Shown: positions 42,363 through 55,505 of the stretch, in pieces | How the letters are laid out: each line of letters begins with the position of its first letter | Position numbering within the stretch: position 1 is the first letter of the stretch | Program-made: the position numbers and the translations under genes | From: Epiperipatus broadwayi | Lineage: Eukaryota > Animalia > Onychophora | Length of the DNA: 64,000 bases | Direction of reading: 5' to 3' | Assembly (NCBI GenBank): GCA_028023455.1 | Contig: JAQFVV010000010.1 | Coordinates: 13,702,001 to 13,766,000 of the forward strand | The notes under the pieces: generated by a model | What the model was told of the DNA's origin: nothing | The model's input: the letters and a program-made list of their open reading frames with translations, nothing else | Databases searched by the model: none

Positions 42363-42564
42363 ATGTCGTCCAAAGTAAAACCTATATTTTCTCCATATCA
42401 TTATATTACAAGGAGACAATACATTCAAAAAGATACATGTAATAGATTATTGAGAGAACGGCTAGAAGTCTGCCAAAGTTTATATAGGAAAGATCTATAC
42501 GCTCATTTCGGCTGTGTTAACGCCATCGAGTTTTCAAACAATGGTGGCGAATGGCTGGTATCAG
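42363..42564 (+). CDS. DCAF5: First coding exon of DDB1- and CUL4-associated factor 5 (WD40 protein)
   Basis: ...CQSLYRKDLYAHFGCVNAIEFSNNGGEWLVSG matches the DCAF5/WDR22 N-terminus (LYKKDLLGHFGCVNAIEFSNNGGQWLVSG, from recall). Ends at the canonical phase-1 donor tcag|gtaaga. Confidence 0.92.
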
Positions 42565-43647
42565 GTAAGATACTTAGTTGTCCAATTTATTCGATTTCTG
42601 TAATAATAGTTTGTTGCACAATTCTAATACGTATTTACTAGAATTCTAATCCATTGCCATTTTTTTTTCTACGGATGAACGCAGTCGATTTGTAGAAACA
42701 TTTAAAAATTAATTTAAAGTAGGCCTACCATAATGGAATGTTTACAATGAACGTAGTAACTTTAACATGCCTCTTAAGCAACTTGTTTTATAAATAATTA
42801 ATTTTTTTTTTCATTCCACTGAAATAATTTTTACCATCGAAAATTTAAAGAAAATTATTCTCGAAATTTGGTAGCAGTACATGTTAATAAAAACAAAGCT
42901 CAATTTAAATGAATTTGTTTTGGAGTTTTTGTGAGTTGGTGTTTGTTAAATGACCCCTTCCCTCCGCATTTTAATGGTATCTCCACGACTTAAAATTAAA
43001 TTAAAGAATAAAAATGATGATTCACTTATTAGATTGCCTGACTAAATAAGCCTGCATGAAAATATTTATTGTTGGAAATATTATCGCAAAATATATTTTC
43101 TGTCTCCAAATTTTAATTAAGAATTTTTCTTTTCCTATCTCAGTCTGGCTATATACCTATGGATTGTTTAAAATATGTATATATACATCTAGCATTGCTT
43201 GAGCTTTATCTATTAGCTTGTACAGCATTAACTTAGGGTACTTATAAAGCTCTTCTCACTAGTTAGGCAGCTTGTATTTAATAATATTTAAATTATGGAA
43301 AATATTGACTAAATATGCATTTATTTTTAATATTTTGCTATATTTGTCGATTTTTCATATTCCATCTATTACAAAAAACATGTCCGGTAATTTTAAAAAC
43401 AATGTATTACTTAAGAGTTCATATATGGTGACTACGTTATTTATTAATATTTACTTGTAAAAACTGCAGATTTTTTCTTTCTATGATTAAATTTTAATGG
43501 TTTAAATAATTGTTAAAAAAAAAACTAACAATATTAATATGTGAGTAATGCAGTTTTTAAAAAGATTTTTATTATGCATTCTGTATTTTTGTATACACAC
43601 ATTTATATAAATGCATAAACAATGTTTTCTGAATGATAATTAAAAGA

Positions 43648-43762
43648 GAAATTATGCCTATTATCTAATTTATTTATTATTTGCTATTGAGAGGATATAA
43701 ACTAAAAAATTCTGCCTATCATCTAATTTATTGATTATTTGCTATTGAGAGAATATAAAAAT
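43648..43762. repeat. ~62-bp tandem duplication
   Basis: aaattatgcctattatctaattt...tttgctattgagag occurs twice. Confidence 0.8.
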
Positions 43763-44029
43763 GAAATTGAAATATTTTTAGTTATTATAAAGTTTATTTA
43801 AATAATAAAAAAATAAAAAATACAGCAAGATAGACTTAGGAAAAAGCTATTTATCTTAATAAATATGGCAGTTGTAATTTTTTAAAAATAAAACAAAGCT
43901 GTGGAATAGAGAATTGACTCTACTAAAATCTGTATACATTTTCTAATTCAGAGCAGAATAAATTAATATATTATCAAAAATGGAAATTATGAAGTCCATT
44001 ATGCTGTTTTTTTTTTCATATAAATTATA

Positions 44030-44330
44030 ATAAATAAAAATATGTTTAACAGCTATGTAATATTAATAATTATATATAAAAAGCCTTTTTTTTCTATTTC
44101 TCATGTGTCATAGCATCAGTCGGGAAGTGAACCCGCCAACCCGGGACAACTACTTGTAAAGCAGCCGTCGCTGACCTCTCGACCACCTATGAAAAGCCTT
44201 TTTTACATTAAAATGGGTGTTTAACATTAGATAAGGGCATGAAATCATGTGCCGAAAAGGGCTTTTTATGTATAATTAATATATTTATATAGCTGTTATA
44301 TATATTTTTGTTATTTATTATAATAAATAA
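44030..44330. repeat. AT-rich inverted repeat (~60-bp arms) interrupted by a SINE
   Basis: aacagctatgtaatattaataattatatataaaaagcc versus ggctttttatgtataattaatatatttatatagctgtt. Confidence 0.7.
44092..44191 (-). mobile_element. Short tRNA-derived SINE
   Basis: Minus strand ggtggtcgagaggtcagcgacggctgctttacaagtagttgtcccgggttggcgggttcacttcccg has an A-box, anticodon-like stem-loop and degenerate B-box. 13-bp TSD aaaagcctttttt at 44079-44091 and 44192-44204. Confidence 0.75.
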
Positions 44331-44685
44331 ATAGTACTGTATATAAATTTAACAGTCTATAAAAGAATAAAAATCGATCATCAATAATTTTTTATAGGAA
44401 TATTGCTTTTTTAAAAATTAAATGTCCTGCATGAATTAGTATAGCGATAGAATGTTAGATTTTGGAGGTCAAGGTTCATAGACCATGGCTTCAGCTTCCA
44501 ATGTTTGAACTTCTTAAGAACCCCAACAATAAACCTTTTTTTTTTTTAAAGTAAATTGTAAATCTTTATTTTTTTTTTTACACTATTAATAAAAAAAATA
44601 GGAAAAACAATTAATTTATACATGTTTCATTTAATTAGGAATTAAAACAGGTAAAACTCTATACGTATTGCCACTCAGTGCAAGC

Positions 44686-44851
44686 CAGAGTAATCAATGG
44701 ATGCCAGAAGGCTTGTGCATAAAATCCCATCTAGTACCTTCTCGTCCAATATCCCCAGACTAGTTTCTGGCTTGTGGCCTTCATCAGTGAGGAACCTTGG
44801 ATCTGAGAGCACTGCACCTAGATCTCCTCCTGGAATTCATTGATTACTCTG
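44686..44851. mobile_element. Small palindrome (~30-bp arms) with an HHR in the loop
   Basis: ccagagtaatcaatg and cattgattactctgg termini. Confidence 0.7.
44752..44793 (-). ncRNA. Type I hammerhead ribozyme with all three stems
   Basis: UCCUCA-CUGAUGA-A-GGC-CACAA-GCC-A-GAAAC-UA-GUC/UGGGGA: 6-bp stem I, palindromic ACUAGU helix III and GUC cleavage triplet. Confidence 0.75.
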
Positions 44852-45281
44852 GGTAATAACAATTAAGAGCAAGCATAAGAAATGGTGATCATGTGATGTT
44901 TATTGGCTTAATTAAGAATTCAGTGGAAAAATAATTTTTACATGCATATTTAAATATTGAGATGTTAAAATAATTTATGTTAAAAGGATTGCAAGCAATA
45001 TTCTGCATCTGATAATCAAGTATTATTGCTTAGTTTTGGTATTCCTTTATCAGAAAGCATAGTTATATAGATTAAAAATTACTTTATCATACACAATTTT
45101 AATTTGTTGCAAACAATGATTAATAATTATAAATGTGATTTCTGGAAATCCCCCCAAAAATAATATATTTTCAATTGGGGAGAAATTCATAATTTTTTAT
45201 TTAAAAGAAAAAAAAATTACATTTGAAATTACTGGTCTACTAATTTTCAGTAAATTTTAAAGACAGTGAAAAAAATTTATA

Positions 45282-45424
45282 TTAACACAACATAGGTAAA
45301 TTTTATTTATTACAATTATATTTTTGACTTTTACAGGAAAGTTTATTTATTAACTCACAACATAGGTAAATTTTATTTATTACAATTATATTTTTGACTT
45401 TTACAGGAAAGTTTATTTATTAAC
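45282..45424. repeat. 70-bp tandem duplication
   Basis: cataggtaaa at 45291 and 45361. Confidence 0.9.
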
Positions 45425-46146
45425 TTTAAAAAAAATTATATTTGATCCAATATTGTAATATAATAACAGTTTTTCTAATAACATGTATTGCTTATTTCTA
45501 AATGTTTCACAATGGTACAATCAACCCTTCTTTCTGTTTAAAAATTAAACCCTAAATGGATAAAATAAAAAATACATTATTTTAAATTTTCATTTGACTT
45601 TTCATGGTTTCCATAATATGGCGATGTTCACTTTTTATTTGGCACGTCTTTAATAGTCATTAAAAAATGGAATACCTATCGCTTAAAATTTTTTAGAATG
45701 GCTGATGAACTTAGTGAATCATGTTTATATATTATTTTAATAAATTATTATACTGTATTACTAAATATAATGAATCAACTATACCAATATGTAGATAAAA
45801 ATTATTAATATATTATTAAAAGATAGGGTACATCCATTTGATATTTTTAACAAAAATATTTTGATAGATGAAAATTGCTATATATTTAAAATCAAAAGCA
45901 TAAATAATGATTTTTTGTATACGTTTATATTTAAAAATTCCCAGTTTTGTGCGAGTCCTTGAAATAATTTAAAGGCTTATTCTAATAATACAGTATATCT
46001 ATTTAATTGTAAAGCAGTATGTAATTTTGCTTATACTGAATGTTTTTTATATATGTAAATAGAAGGATTTGAATTCAGGATTTTTCAGTCTATTTATCCT
46101 TCTTTCTATCTCAAGCATATGATACACATGACTATTCAAAAAGATA

Positions 46147-46455
46147 AAATTCCCTTCCACTTCTTATTTGCATTGCTTAATTATATATACTATAATACAC
46201 CATATACTCCTTAAATTACACTCTACAATGCAGTTTAACATATGATTTATTTTATTTCCTTTCTTACAGTTTCAACTGTCCAGCAATCATCATCAGAGCT
46301 TTTATCTCGGTACCCTTTCTTCTATACAAAAAAAAAAAGATTTAAGCTCTGATGATGACTGCTGGACATTTGAAATTGTAAGGAAGGAAATAAAATAAAT
46401 CATATGTTAAACTGCATTGTAGAGTGTAATTTAAGGAGTATATGGTGTATTATAG
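46147..46455. mobile_element. HHR palindrome family A2 (~40-bp tail plus ~110-bp arms)
   Basis: HHR motifs at 46265-46296 (-) and 46349-46380 (+). TSD tattcaaaa(a)gata at 46133-46146 and 46456-46468. Confidence 0.88.
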
Positions 46456-47702
46456 TATTCAAAAGATACATGATCCCTAATATTTAAACTTTTATTTAAT
46501 GTTAAAATTTCAATTTTACTTGTTTATTATTTCCCGAAGGAATGTCTGCTACTTAAGTTGTTCATGTAATATATAGAAAGTTTTTAATATAGGAGAGTAT
46601 AGAATGTAGGTTGCAAAAAAAAGTTTGTTATTAAATAGAAGGAAACTGTGTGATTCTTGTTTGAAGCCCATAAATGAACCAAGCAGGGGAAAAACTTAAT
46701 TATCCCTCTATATGGCCATGTTGTTGCAACTGTTATTACTGTGTGATTATTCATATAGAAAACAAACGTGTATGGGCTGCTTACCAACCCAGCCAGCATC
46801 ATGAATTTACTTTTTGCATCCTATTTTAAGACCAAGAAACACCATGATTTTTTTTTTCAATTACTGGCTAGTTCTTAACCAAAGTATCAGTTTTGAATCT
46901 GGCAGGGTAAATGCATGACAGACAAAAAAGTAAATTATGACCATATTTCCAGAAGGCTATAAAGTCGCCAGCCAAAGCACAAGTTGGCTCTGAAGGCAGA
47001 GGTTAATAAGAATGTTCCAATTAAGGACCCAGGCTGTCATTCAATGACGATCTTTTTTTAGCTATCTTTAACTGCAGATCTTTCAAGTAAAGGAAAATTG
47101 CACTAGTTGGACAAAGAATTATCTAATATTAAATGGGCATTTGTTGGACTTTATACTTTACTACAAAGGCACAAGTATTGGAAGCATAAATGGAATGGTA
47201 TTCATTATAAACAAAAAGTGGAAGATTGATCGTATATGGAGATTGATGGTACATCAAACAGATTGGCAAGATTAGTTATTAATATTTAAGGGAAGATACC
47301 AAATGCAGATAATTCAGGTTTATGCTCCAAATTCTCATTATGATGATGAAATGGATGATATTTATAAGGATGCACAAAATGCTTTTGATCAGACTAAAAA
47401 TTTTAAAATTGTTTGGTAGACTTTAATGCTATAATTGGTAAACATTTGAAATATGAAAGAGCTATAGGTAAAATTAATTATTGCGATAGAAATGAGAAAG
47501 AACATAGACTTATGGAGTTCATAGAAAAAGTAAAACTGTACATTATGAATTCTTTCTTTGAGAAAAATGTAAGTGAACATGGAACCATCTGAATGACAAT
47601 ACAGGAGAATGGAATCATATTTTGACAATGTGAATTTCAAGATTATAATGTTCTTAATAGATTCAACACAGGAACTGATCATTGTTTAATGAAATGTAAA
47701 AC

Positions 47703-48604
47703 TATTCGGGGGATACATCAAAATAACCTGAATCATTCTCTGGAGGGCAAGTGCACTGTAATACAGGCTTCCATTGTTAGATGCCTCTTGCAGGGACTCC
47801 TGCATCAGTCTGCCAACTATCATCATTGAGTGAGGTTGTGATGCTGCATAGTAAATGTTTTTGTTAAGTGCATCTCACTTATTTGTTGATTTTTATAATG
47901 GCTGAAAAGTTGGAATAATGTGAAATTCTGATTTTTGTTAGGGAAAACAGTTGTAATGTTTGATACAGTTCGGAGGTAAACTGTTCTGGTGAAATACAAA
48001 TTTGCATGTGGTTTAATAGAAGTATCAAATTCACCACGTCTCAAAAAAGCATGACGAGTGAAGTCCAATGTCAAGACGATTTTTTTTTATACAAACATCA
48101 TGTTCATTCAGAAGTCTTTTGTAATGATCGGATGATTTACCTACAACTTCTGAAATATTTGTGTGATGCAGTAAAATGAAAATGTGATTTATGGTAAAGT
48201 GGGGAGTGCAAGTTTCAACATGACATGCATCAGTATACAATTTTTAATTAAAAACATCATTATCCAGCTTATCCATCAGCTATATTCACCTGATCTTGCT
48301 ATGTGCAATTTATTTTTGTTCCCCTGAATAAAAAATGCTGCAAAAAAAAAAAAAAAAAAAGTTTTGCAAAGTTGGGAGTGGTGAAAGAAAAAAACAATGG
48401 AAGCGTTAAAAAGCATCTCTTTACAAGAGTTTCAAGACTATTTCAAAAAGTGGAAAACATATTTAGACTGGTGCATTGTATCAAATGGACTCTACTTTGA
48501 AGGAGATTCAATTTGTAATATCTAAAAATAAATACACAATTTTTTATTACAAAATTCCTGGGTTTTTTTTTTTTTTGGGGGGGGGGGTCCCTTCTCAGAT
48601 GTAT
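47703..48604 (+). mobile_element. Internally deleted mariner element
   Basis: SPRLKKA*RVKSNVKT, YSPDL-like and FQDYFKKWKTYLDWCIVSNGLYFEGD. Degenerate TIRs at ~47703-47732 and ~48555-48604 with TA ends. Confidence 0.8.
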
Positions 48605-48610
48605 TAATGC

Positions 48611-48789
48611 AAAAAATAGAGAAGAAAACTATTAAGAAAAACAGTATGAATGATTGGTGTTTTTAACCTTCAAAAATATTTAAATGAATTTAAATTATAC
48701 TAAAAATAGAGAAGAAAACTGTTAAGAAAAACAGTATTAATGATTGGTGTTTTTAACCTTCAAAAATACTTAAATGAATTTAAATTATA
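48611..48789. repeat. 90-bp tandem duplication inside the RTE
   Basis: aaaaatagagaagaaaact at ~48612 and ~48702. Confidence 0.9.
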
Positions 48790-50274
48790 GCCTATAAATT
48801 CTGTAAAAAAAATTAAGATGGTTTACATTTGACTAAAATCAGTAAGAAAATAATTGATACTCTACTAAAAACTGCAAGAAAGATAGCTGGTGCTAAAAAA
48901 CAGCAATTTACCATTAAATTTTTTATTGGGACAAGACAGAAGAAATATGAACATTTTTAAAAATGATTAATTAAAAAGAATTAAATATCTAGAGTTTTGT
49001 GAAATTGTATATATAAAAAAAAAAATAATCATGTAATACAATATATTTATGAATTATTGTGTAAAACCATAGAAGAATATAAGACTCAGCAGAATAAATA
49101 ACAGTTTGGGTGAGTTTTTTTCCAATAAAAAGAAAAGAGAATTTTACTAAAAATGAGATGGCATCATGAAATGTATGGACTTATATAGACAAAGTATCCT
49201 CTACAGTTATTACATCTGAATTGTCCAACATTTTAAATGAGACATGCAATTCTACGAAGAATGAAAAAGTTCAAGAAATTTATGGAATTTTTATTTTAAA
49301 AGAAACAGATAAAAAAATAGAAAAATTGCTGGCAGATTTATATACCAAACGTCTAAATGATAAAGATGCATCAAATGTTTATTAGAATGCATTTGTAATA
49401 TTGATATTGAAGAATGATGATAAAGAAAATATTAGAAATTGTGCAGACTACTGGTTCTATACAAAATTTTTACCAAGGTAATTACAATCTTGTCTATGGT
49501 GAATTTTGGATATGTAGATTATGAAAAGGCATTTGATTCTGTAAGCATTGGAACATCAAAATATAGATCCAAGATATTGACATTCTGAAGAATATTTATT
49601 AAAATGCAAGAGCTGTGATTAAATTACTGATAATACTAAAAAAGATGTAAGGCAGTTGAAAACTTTTTACAGCAGTTTTGCAAAAAAAAGTATTTCTGGA
49701 ATAAAATGGGAAACTAAAATAAAAATAAATGGAAATTACTGAAGTCATTTACATTTTGCAAGAATTGTCAGATGAAAGTAAGAAAATAGGTTTGAAGATA
49801 AATTCTAAGAAAAAAATTAAAATACTGTTCAACAGATTTTCTCAAAAAAAAAATAAAGATTGATAATCATGAATTTAAAAAAATTACCAACTAAAAATAC
49901 TTTGTATAAATGCAATTTCCAAACATTTCAAACACTTTTTAGCAAAACTCTTTATTTGTACATATATACATACACCTACGTTTTGACTGTCCTGCAGTCT
50001 TCTTCAGAGCCATGATATAATGAACAAAATAAAATACATAACTATATAAATAATACCATAAAATATATAAAAAAAACTTAAAACTGAAATAAATAATCAA
50101 ACCCAAATAAAATAATCCAGTTAATATAAAATAAAATATACAATATAAATAGAAAATAAATTATACATGTGTATTTCTAATTGTATACTCATATATTCAA
50201 GAACAACTATTAATCTAAATATTGTTTATATTTTTATGGTATTATTTATATAATGTATTTTATTTTGTTCATTA

Positions 50275-51972
50275 CACCTGGGTCTCGTTTTACGCGATAG
50301 ATAGTTTCCTCAGAAAACGCGCAAACGAAATCGTGCAAAAATAGACATAACTTACCTTGAAAAAGGGGGGATACGGACTGATTTTTCAAAACTCGCGTAA
50401 AAGCAAAGCACCAACGTAAAATTTACTTTAAAATTCGTGAAAAAAAAAAATAAGGAAATAAAATATGATTAATAAAAAATTTCAAATTTGAAAAAAATTG
50501 ATACAAGACAAACTTTTTTTAACTATAATATTTAATTTTATTCAAAACAATATATTTTTAAGCATAATTTACAGTAATTTATATTTTTTTATACACGTTT
50601 TAATTATTATCGCTATTTTCCGGTAAACAGGTTCGTTTGCAAACTAATAAAAAAATCAGATTCTTCACAAGATGAAATACAACTAGTGCCAACGTCACTC
50701 TCATGTTGTGTTAATTAAGGGTTTTCTGGTGACAACATAATTAGTAATTAAGCTAACAACTAAAAATTAAATTCTTATTTTTGTCTTATAATTTTCAATT
50801 TTAACCTTTTAACCGCTAATTTTATTATTGGTTGTATCAGATAAAAATCAAATCTTTTAATTGGCCAACTCACAAACTGAAGACAAAGCCTATTGTTAAA
50901 ACATATTCGCCTATAATATTAAATTCAACTCAGATGCGTTTATAAAAAGTATATTATTAATTTTTCAGGTTATGAAGAGAACGAAAGTTCTTTCAAAAAT
51001 AAATTGCTATTTATTTATTCTAAAATATTCAATATCGGCAACATAAAAGCTATAATATAAACAAAAAGATCGACTTTTACGTTATAGAAAAGTAAATATT
51101 TCTTTTTACTACATCTTCAATATTTTTACTTAAATCTTCAATATTTTTCGAAAATAATTTTGTTTTTTTATTATTCTCTCTGAAATAATTTTAATTTCTC
51201 AAAATATTCTTTTATAATAATTTAAATCGTATTCGAAATGAAAATCTCAGCGTTTTTCTTTATTTTCTTTGATCAGGCAGTTTCTTTGTTCTTTCCAGCC
51301 AATCAGAATGTCTTTTTCGGCTGAGAGCATGCTAAGAACCAATCACAAATAATGTTCCTTCTTTGTTTAGGTTTAAATGCATTTTTTTTCTATTTTTTAC
51401 TTGTAAAATAAATCGGAAGATGGCACCATCTTACAGAACTTTTAAAAACGAATTCAATACGTGTTTAACGAATATTTTCGTATAAAAACTGGCTGAGTTA
51501 GAGTGATGTCAGATGTCGACGAGGAGCCTCGTAAGAGGCGGGCAAAGAGTTAATTGTGCTCATCTTTTAAAAATAAACTTGCGGACACTAAATGATTAAT
51601 AATTGATTACGTTCTTTTTTAAAAAGCAAAAACAGAATGTGATTTAAAATGCAAAATTAACACGCACAATGTTTGAACAAATTTACGTTATAATCTTCTA
51701 AAATTTAATGTGTGTATACATAAAATGTGGAAATCATGATTTTAATTTCATTATTGCATAAAATCTTACTATTATAAAGCACTGAAAATATTGAAATTAC
51801 TAAGTTGAAAGTCGAATTTCAATAATGTGATATTACTTTCAATATAACGTAAGTGCGCGAAATTTATTATTTAAAGTAATAGCGCAATATCGGAGATTGA
51901 CTTCCGGTGAAACACTGATCGCGTAACTTCAAAATCGTGTTAAATAAGTCCGTGTAAAAAGAGACCCAGGTG
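50275..51972. mobile_element. TA-TSD MITE, copy 2
   Basis: TIR cacctgggtctc/gagacccaggtg. The TA duplication is confirmed by the uninterrupted opposite palindrome arm. Confidence 0.9.
50805..51549. mobile_element. piggyBac-like non-autonomous element (TTAA TSD)
   Basis: TTAA|ccttttaaccgc...gcgggcaaagag|TTAA. This segment is absent from MITE copy 1. Confidence 0.7.
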
Positions 51973-54314
51973 TATATCGTAGCTCTGAAGAAGACTGCAG
52001 TACAGTTGAAACGTAGGTGTATGTATATATGTACAAATAAAGGATTTTGCTAAAAAGTGTTTGAAGTGGTTTGGATAAATTGTATTTATATAAGATATTA
52101 CAGCAAAATAAAGAAAAGGGTGATTTTGGTAATATTTCTAAAAATACTATGATCAGATTATTAATACAGATGAAAACATGAGTGAAATTAAATCATAGAA
52201 TTAAACTTGGATTGAGTTCTTGAAAAGAAAGATTTTTATTAGGTTTGTTGTATCAGTTCATACTAATGATCTGAGACTGACATTTAACAGAAGAGCAATA
52301 CGGAATCTTCAGTCCATTCAAAGAAACATGGAGAGATTTATGTTGAGAATAATAAATCAGAAATGAAATACATGACAGAACAAATAAGTATCATTGATAT
52401 CACTAAGATGGAGCTGGCCTGGACATATTGCTAGAAGAGATAATAATAGATGGTTAATTGAAGTTTTAAATTGGACCCCAAGAGATTGTAAAAGACCTAA
52501 AAGATTATATATGATATGAATACTTGAAGTCAGGAAGTTCTCTGATATGTTGTGAAGAAATAATAGTTAAAAAAGATGTTGATGATAGAATTTAAATCTA
52601 ATACTTTCCAATACTATGGAGATTGAGAATTTTATTAAAATGAAGTAATAAGCTAAATCCCTGATGGAAAAAATATCAGATTAAATGGGAGGATTATTTT
52701 ACTCAATAATTTTTTGAGATTGCTTTTTTGTTGTTGTTAGAAATGACATATTTTTATATCAGTAAACATGCTTAGATTTCAATAAAGATAAATATTTAAT
52801 GTGTTTTTAAAATCACAATGCTTCAATAACTATAATCTTCAATATAATTCAGTATAATCTATATTCTGTTATTAATGAAAATATATTGGATTAAATTTTT
52901 TAAAATTAATATCATATCTTAAGTGTTGTCATAAGTATACTTGTTTTTCAAACTTAATAGATATATTTTTTAAATGCTTTTAAGAATCCAGTCCAAATGA
53001 TGGAACATTTGATTTTTTCTATAGTTTGTGTTATTTTATTCTCTTATAATAAAAAAGATTGATAATAATATAATGCTTAATAATTGTATATTATAAGCTA
53101 ATTATATATATTGAATTTTTTATCTAAATGGGAGCTTGATATAACTATACAATATAGCCTTCATCAAGTGATAATACTTAAGTTACATCAGAAATAATTT
53201 GCCATCCCTTTGACTGTATTATCTCAAATTTGGAATTATGTTATAAAATAAAGAAATCTCTTTCATCATTGAGATTTGTACTTTAATGATGAACTGCTTA
53301 TTAAAGTTTATCGTGTAATTTTAAACTTGGATTATAAAGTAAGAAGTGATATGTAGTTGCAAACTGCTATCTATGATGGAATATTTTCATTTAGGCATAG
53401 TATTCTAGTGTCTAGTTTCTCTAATTTGCCTTCAGAAAGAGAACTTAATATATTATAAATTAAGGGGATATTTGTAAAAATGTAACTTAATAATTGATAT
53501 TAATTTAATAGATTATGACTTACATAGCATTGTCTTTTTTATTATAAATCTTTTTTTTTTCTAAATTTTTGTCAGTTATCCTAAAATCTTTAGTCAGAGA
53601 TGAATGCCTTATTTTAAATAATCACAGATATAGCAATGAGATGTGAAGTTTTTCATAACTTCTGTAAAGTTGTAGCTACTTTAAATTAAAAAATAATTTG
53701 CTATCCTAAATATTTTTAGATTTCAAGTATTCCAGGATTATTAAATAGGTCTGAAAGCAATGAGAAAGAGAACGGAGTTAATAAAAAATAAAATGTCAAC
53801 TGAATGGAACTTTTATATGTTCAATGTGATAGTTTAATGCACAAATATTACAAAACTTTTAGAACTATTTTGCATGTGATTATTGCCTTTTTTTAAAAAA
53901 TATATATTGAAATATCAAAAGATATGTTTATTTTATTATTGGATCAAGCATGATAAATTTGTATTTGATACAATTTTGTTAGCCAATTCAACCTGTTTGG
54001 AAAAGTGACAGCAGTATATTTACATAGCTCTTACTTTTGGTTATTATATAAATTATATGACATTTACAATTTTTTTTAAAAATTAAAACTTGCAATATAA
54101 AACTTTTTAGATATGTATTGATAGTAATATTCAAAAAGAGTTTTCTTTGCTTTATTTTGTAATTTTGGAGTCGGTTGCATAGATTTTTTTTGTTCCAAAT
54201 CTTCATTCAATGCACACACACACACACAGTTTTTTTTTTCCATGTCTGTTCATAGTTTCCTTTCATAATGTTCTATGTATGCCTATAGGTTTTCCCAATT
54301 TTCTTTAAATATAT

Positions 54315-55310
54315 TTTCAACTATAATCTATCCACTGCAATATGATCTCTCCAAGTTTAATCCAGTTTCTCTGATCTCTAGCCTCTCTTCTTCACATCAT
54401 CTCAACACACTTCCTTAATTCATCATCTCACATATGGTTTCTTTCTATATTCTTTACTATCTTTTGAAAGCCAGTTTAAATTTCAACTATCCATTTATTA
54501 TCTGTTCTAGCAATATGTCCAGACCAGCTCCACTTCAGTCTCTTTAATTCTTTCAATGATGTTAGTAACACCTGTTCTCTCCATGTATTTAGTTTTCATT
54601 CTCTTTTTGTTATTTCTGACTTACATCTCTTCATACTTCATTGAATGGTCTGAAGTCTATATTGTCTTGTTAAGCAGTTATATCTCAAATTTATAAGTAA
54701 AAACTGGCAACAAACATCTACTAAAAATCTTTCTTTTTCAAATAGTCATATTTCCTTTTAAATTTTACCAAAGCACTTCAAGTTTAATTTTATGATTAAT
54801 TTAGTATGGTATTAGTATCAACGATGGTACCATTAGCTGGATGGTATTGTTACTTCTCAAAAACACTTAAATATAATGTTACCTGGCCATGACCTTTTAA
54901 GAACTAACTGACCTTTTTTAATAACTAAATAAACATTGTCTTTTTTTTTAAAGAAATAACTAAAAAGTAAATAATAAAAGACGTCTTTTTTTAGTAGACC
55001 TTTTAAAAACTAACTGCCAGCGGACGGTACTGTTGTTGATACTAGTATCTTTTATCTATTATGTTTCCATCCATATTAATAATCTGACCAAGATATTTGT
55101 TATTGCTAACATTTAATTCATCATGAAAATCCTTTGAACATTATTCTTCTTGGTATTTAATTTTAGTCCTTTTTCTTACTTTTATCAGATAATGCTTGGG
55201 ACATTTACTGAAGCTCTAAAGTATTATTTACAAAAACAATTGCATCATCTGCAAAATCTGGATGACTTAAGTAATATCCACTTTTACTCCCTTTATTTCC
55301 GATTATATTA
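54315..55310 (-). mobile_element. RTE LINE 3' fragment
   Basis: Colinear with 39030-39850, from DFADDAIV through WSWSGHIAR. Confidence 0.85.
54815..55042. mobile_element. Small MITE with ~26-bp TIRs and TA flanks, inserted in the RTE
   Basis: ta|gtatcaacgatggtaccattagctgg ... ccagcggacggtactgttgttgatac|ta. Confidence 0.65.
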
Positions 55311-55364
55311 AATATGTAGTTGTATTTAAAAAAAAATTTTAATAATTTAGTTTTATATTACTAA

Positions 55365-55505
55365 TTTTAAAGAGAAGGTAATTAATCCCTTACACATGCG
55401 CTGAACTTTTATATTCAATCAATATTTTTTGTTGAATGTAATGTTGATTGAATATAACAGTACAGCACATTTGTAAGGGGTCGATTACCTTCTATTTAAA
55501 ATTAC
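55365..55505. repeat. Short hairpin/inverted repeat (~60-bp arms)
   Basis: ttttaaagagaaggtaatt..cccttaca..atattcaatcaa versus ttgattgaatat..tgtaagggg..attaccttctatttaaaa. Confidence 0.75.

Larger units (their letters stand above)
49902..52137. mobile_element. HHR palindrome family A1 carrying nested DNA transposons
   Basis: 11-bp TSD ctaaaaatact at 49891-49901 and 52138-52148. HHR motifs at 49977-50006 (-) and 51985-52015 (+). ~50-bp tail at the right end. Confidence 0.9.
46860..52520 (+). mobile_element. Near full-length decayed RTE LINE, interrupted by a mariner and an HHR palindrome
   Basis: APE motifs FNCRSL, IIQVYAP and DFNAIIG (47060-47440), RT remnants 49200-49890, resuming at 52149 with the C-terminus (WTYC..R..NRW) to ~52520. 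Confidence 0.8.

Noticed and set aside
42565-42641. C-terminal part of ORF 42363-42641
   Set aside because: Read-through past the gtaaga donor; DCAF5 similarity stops at SG.
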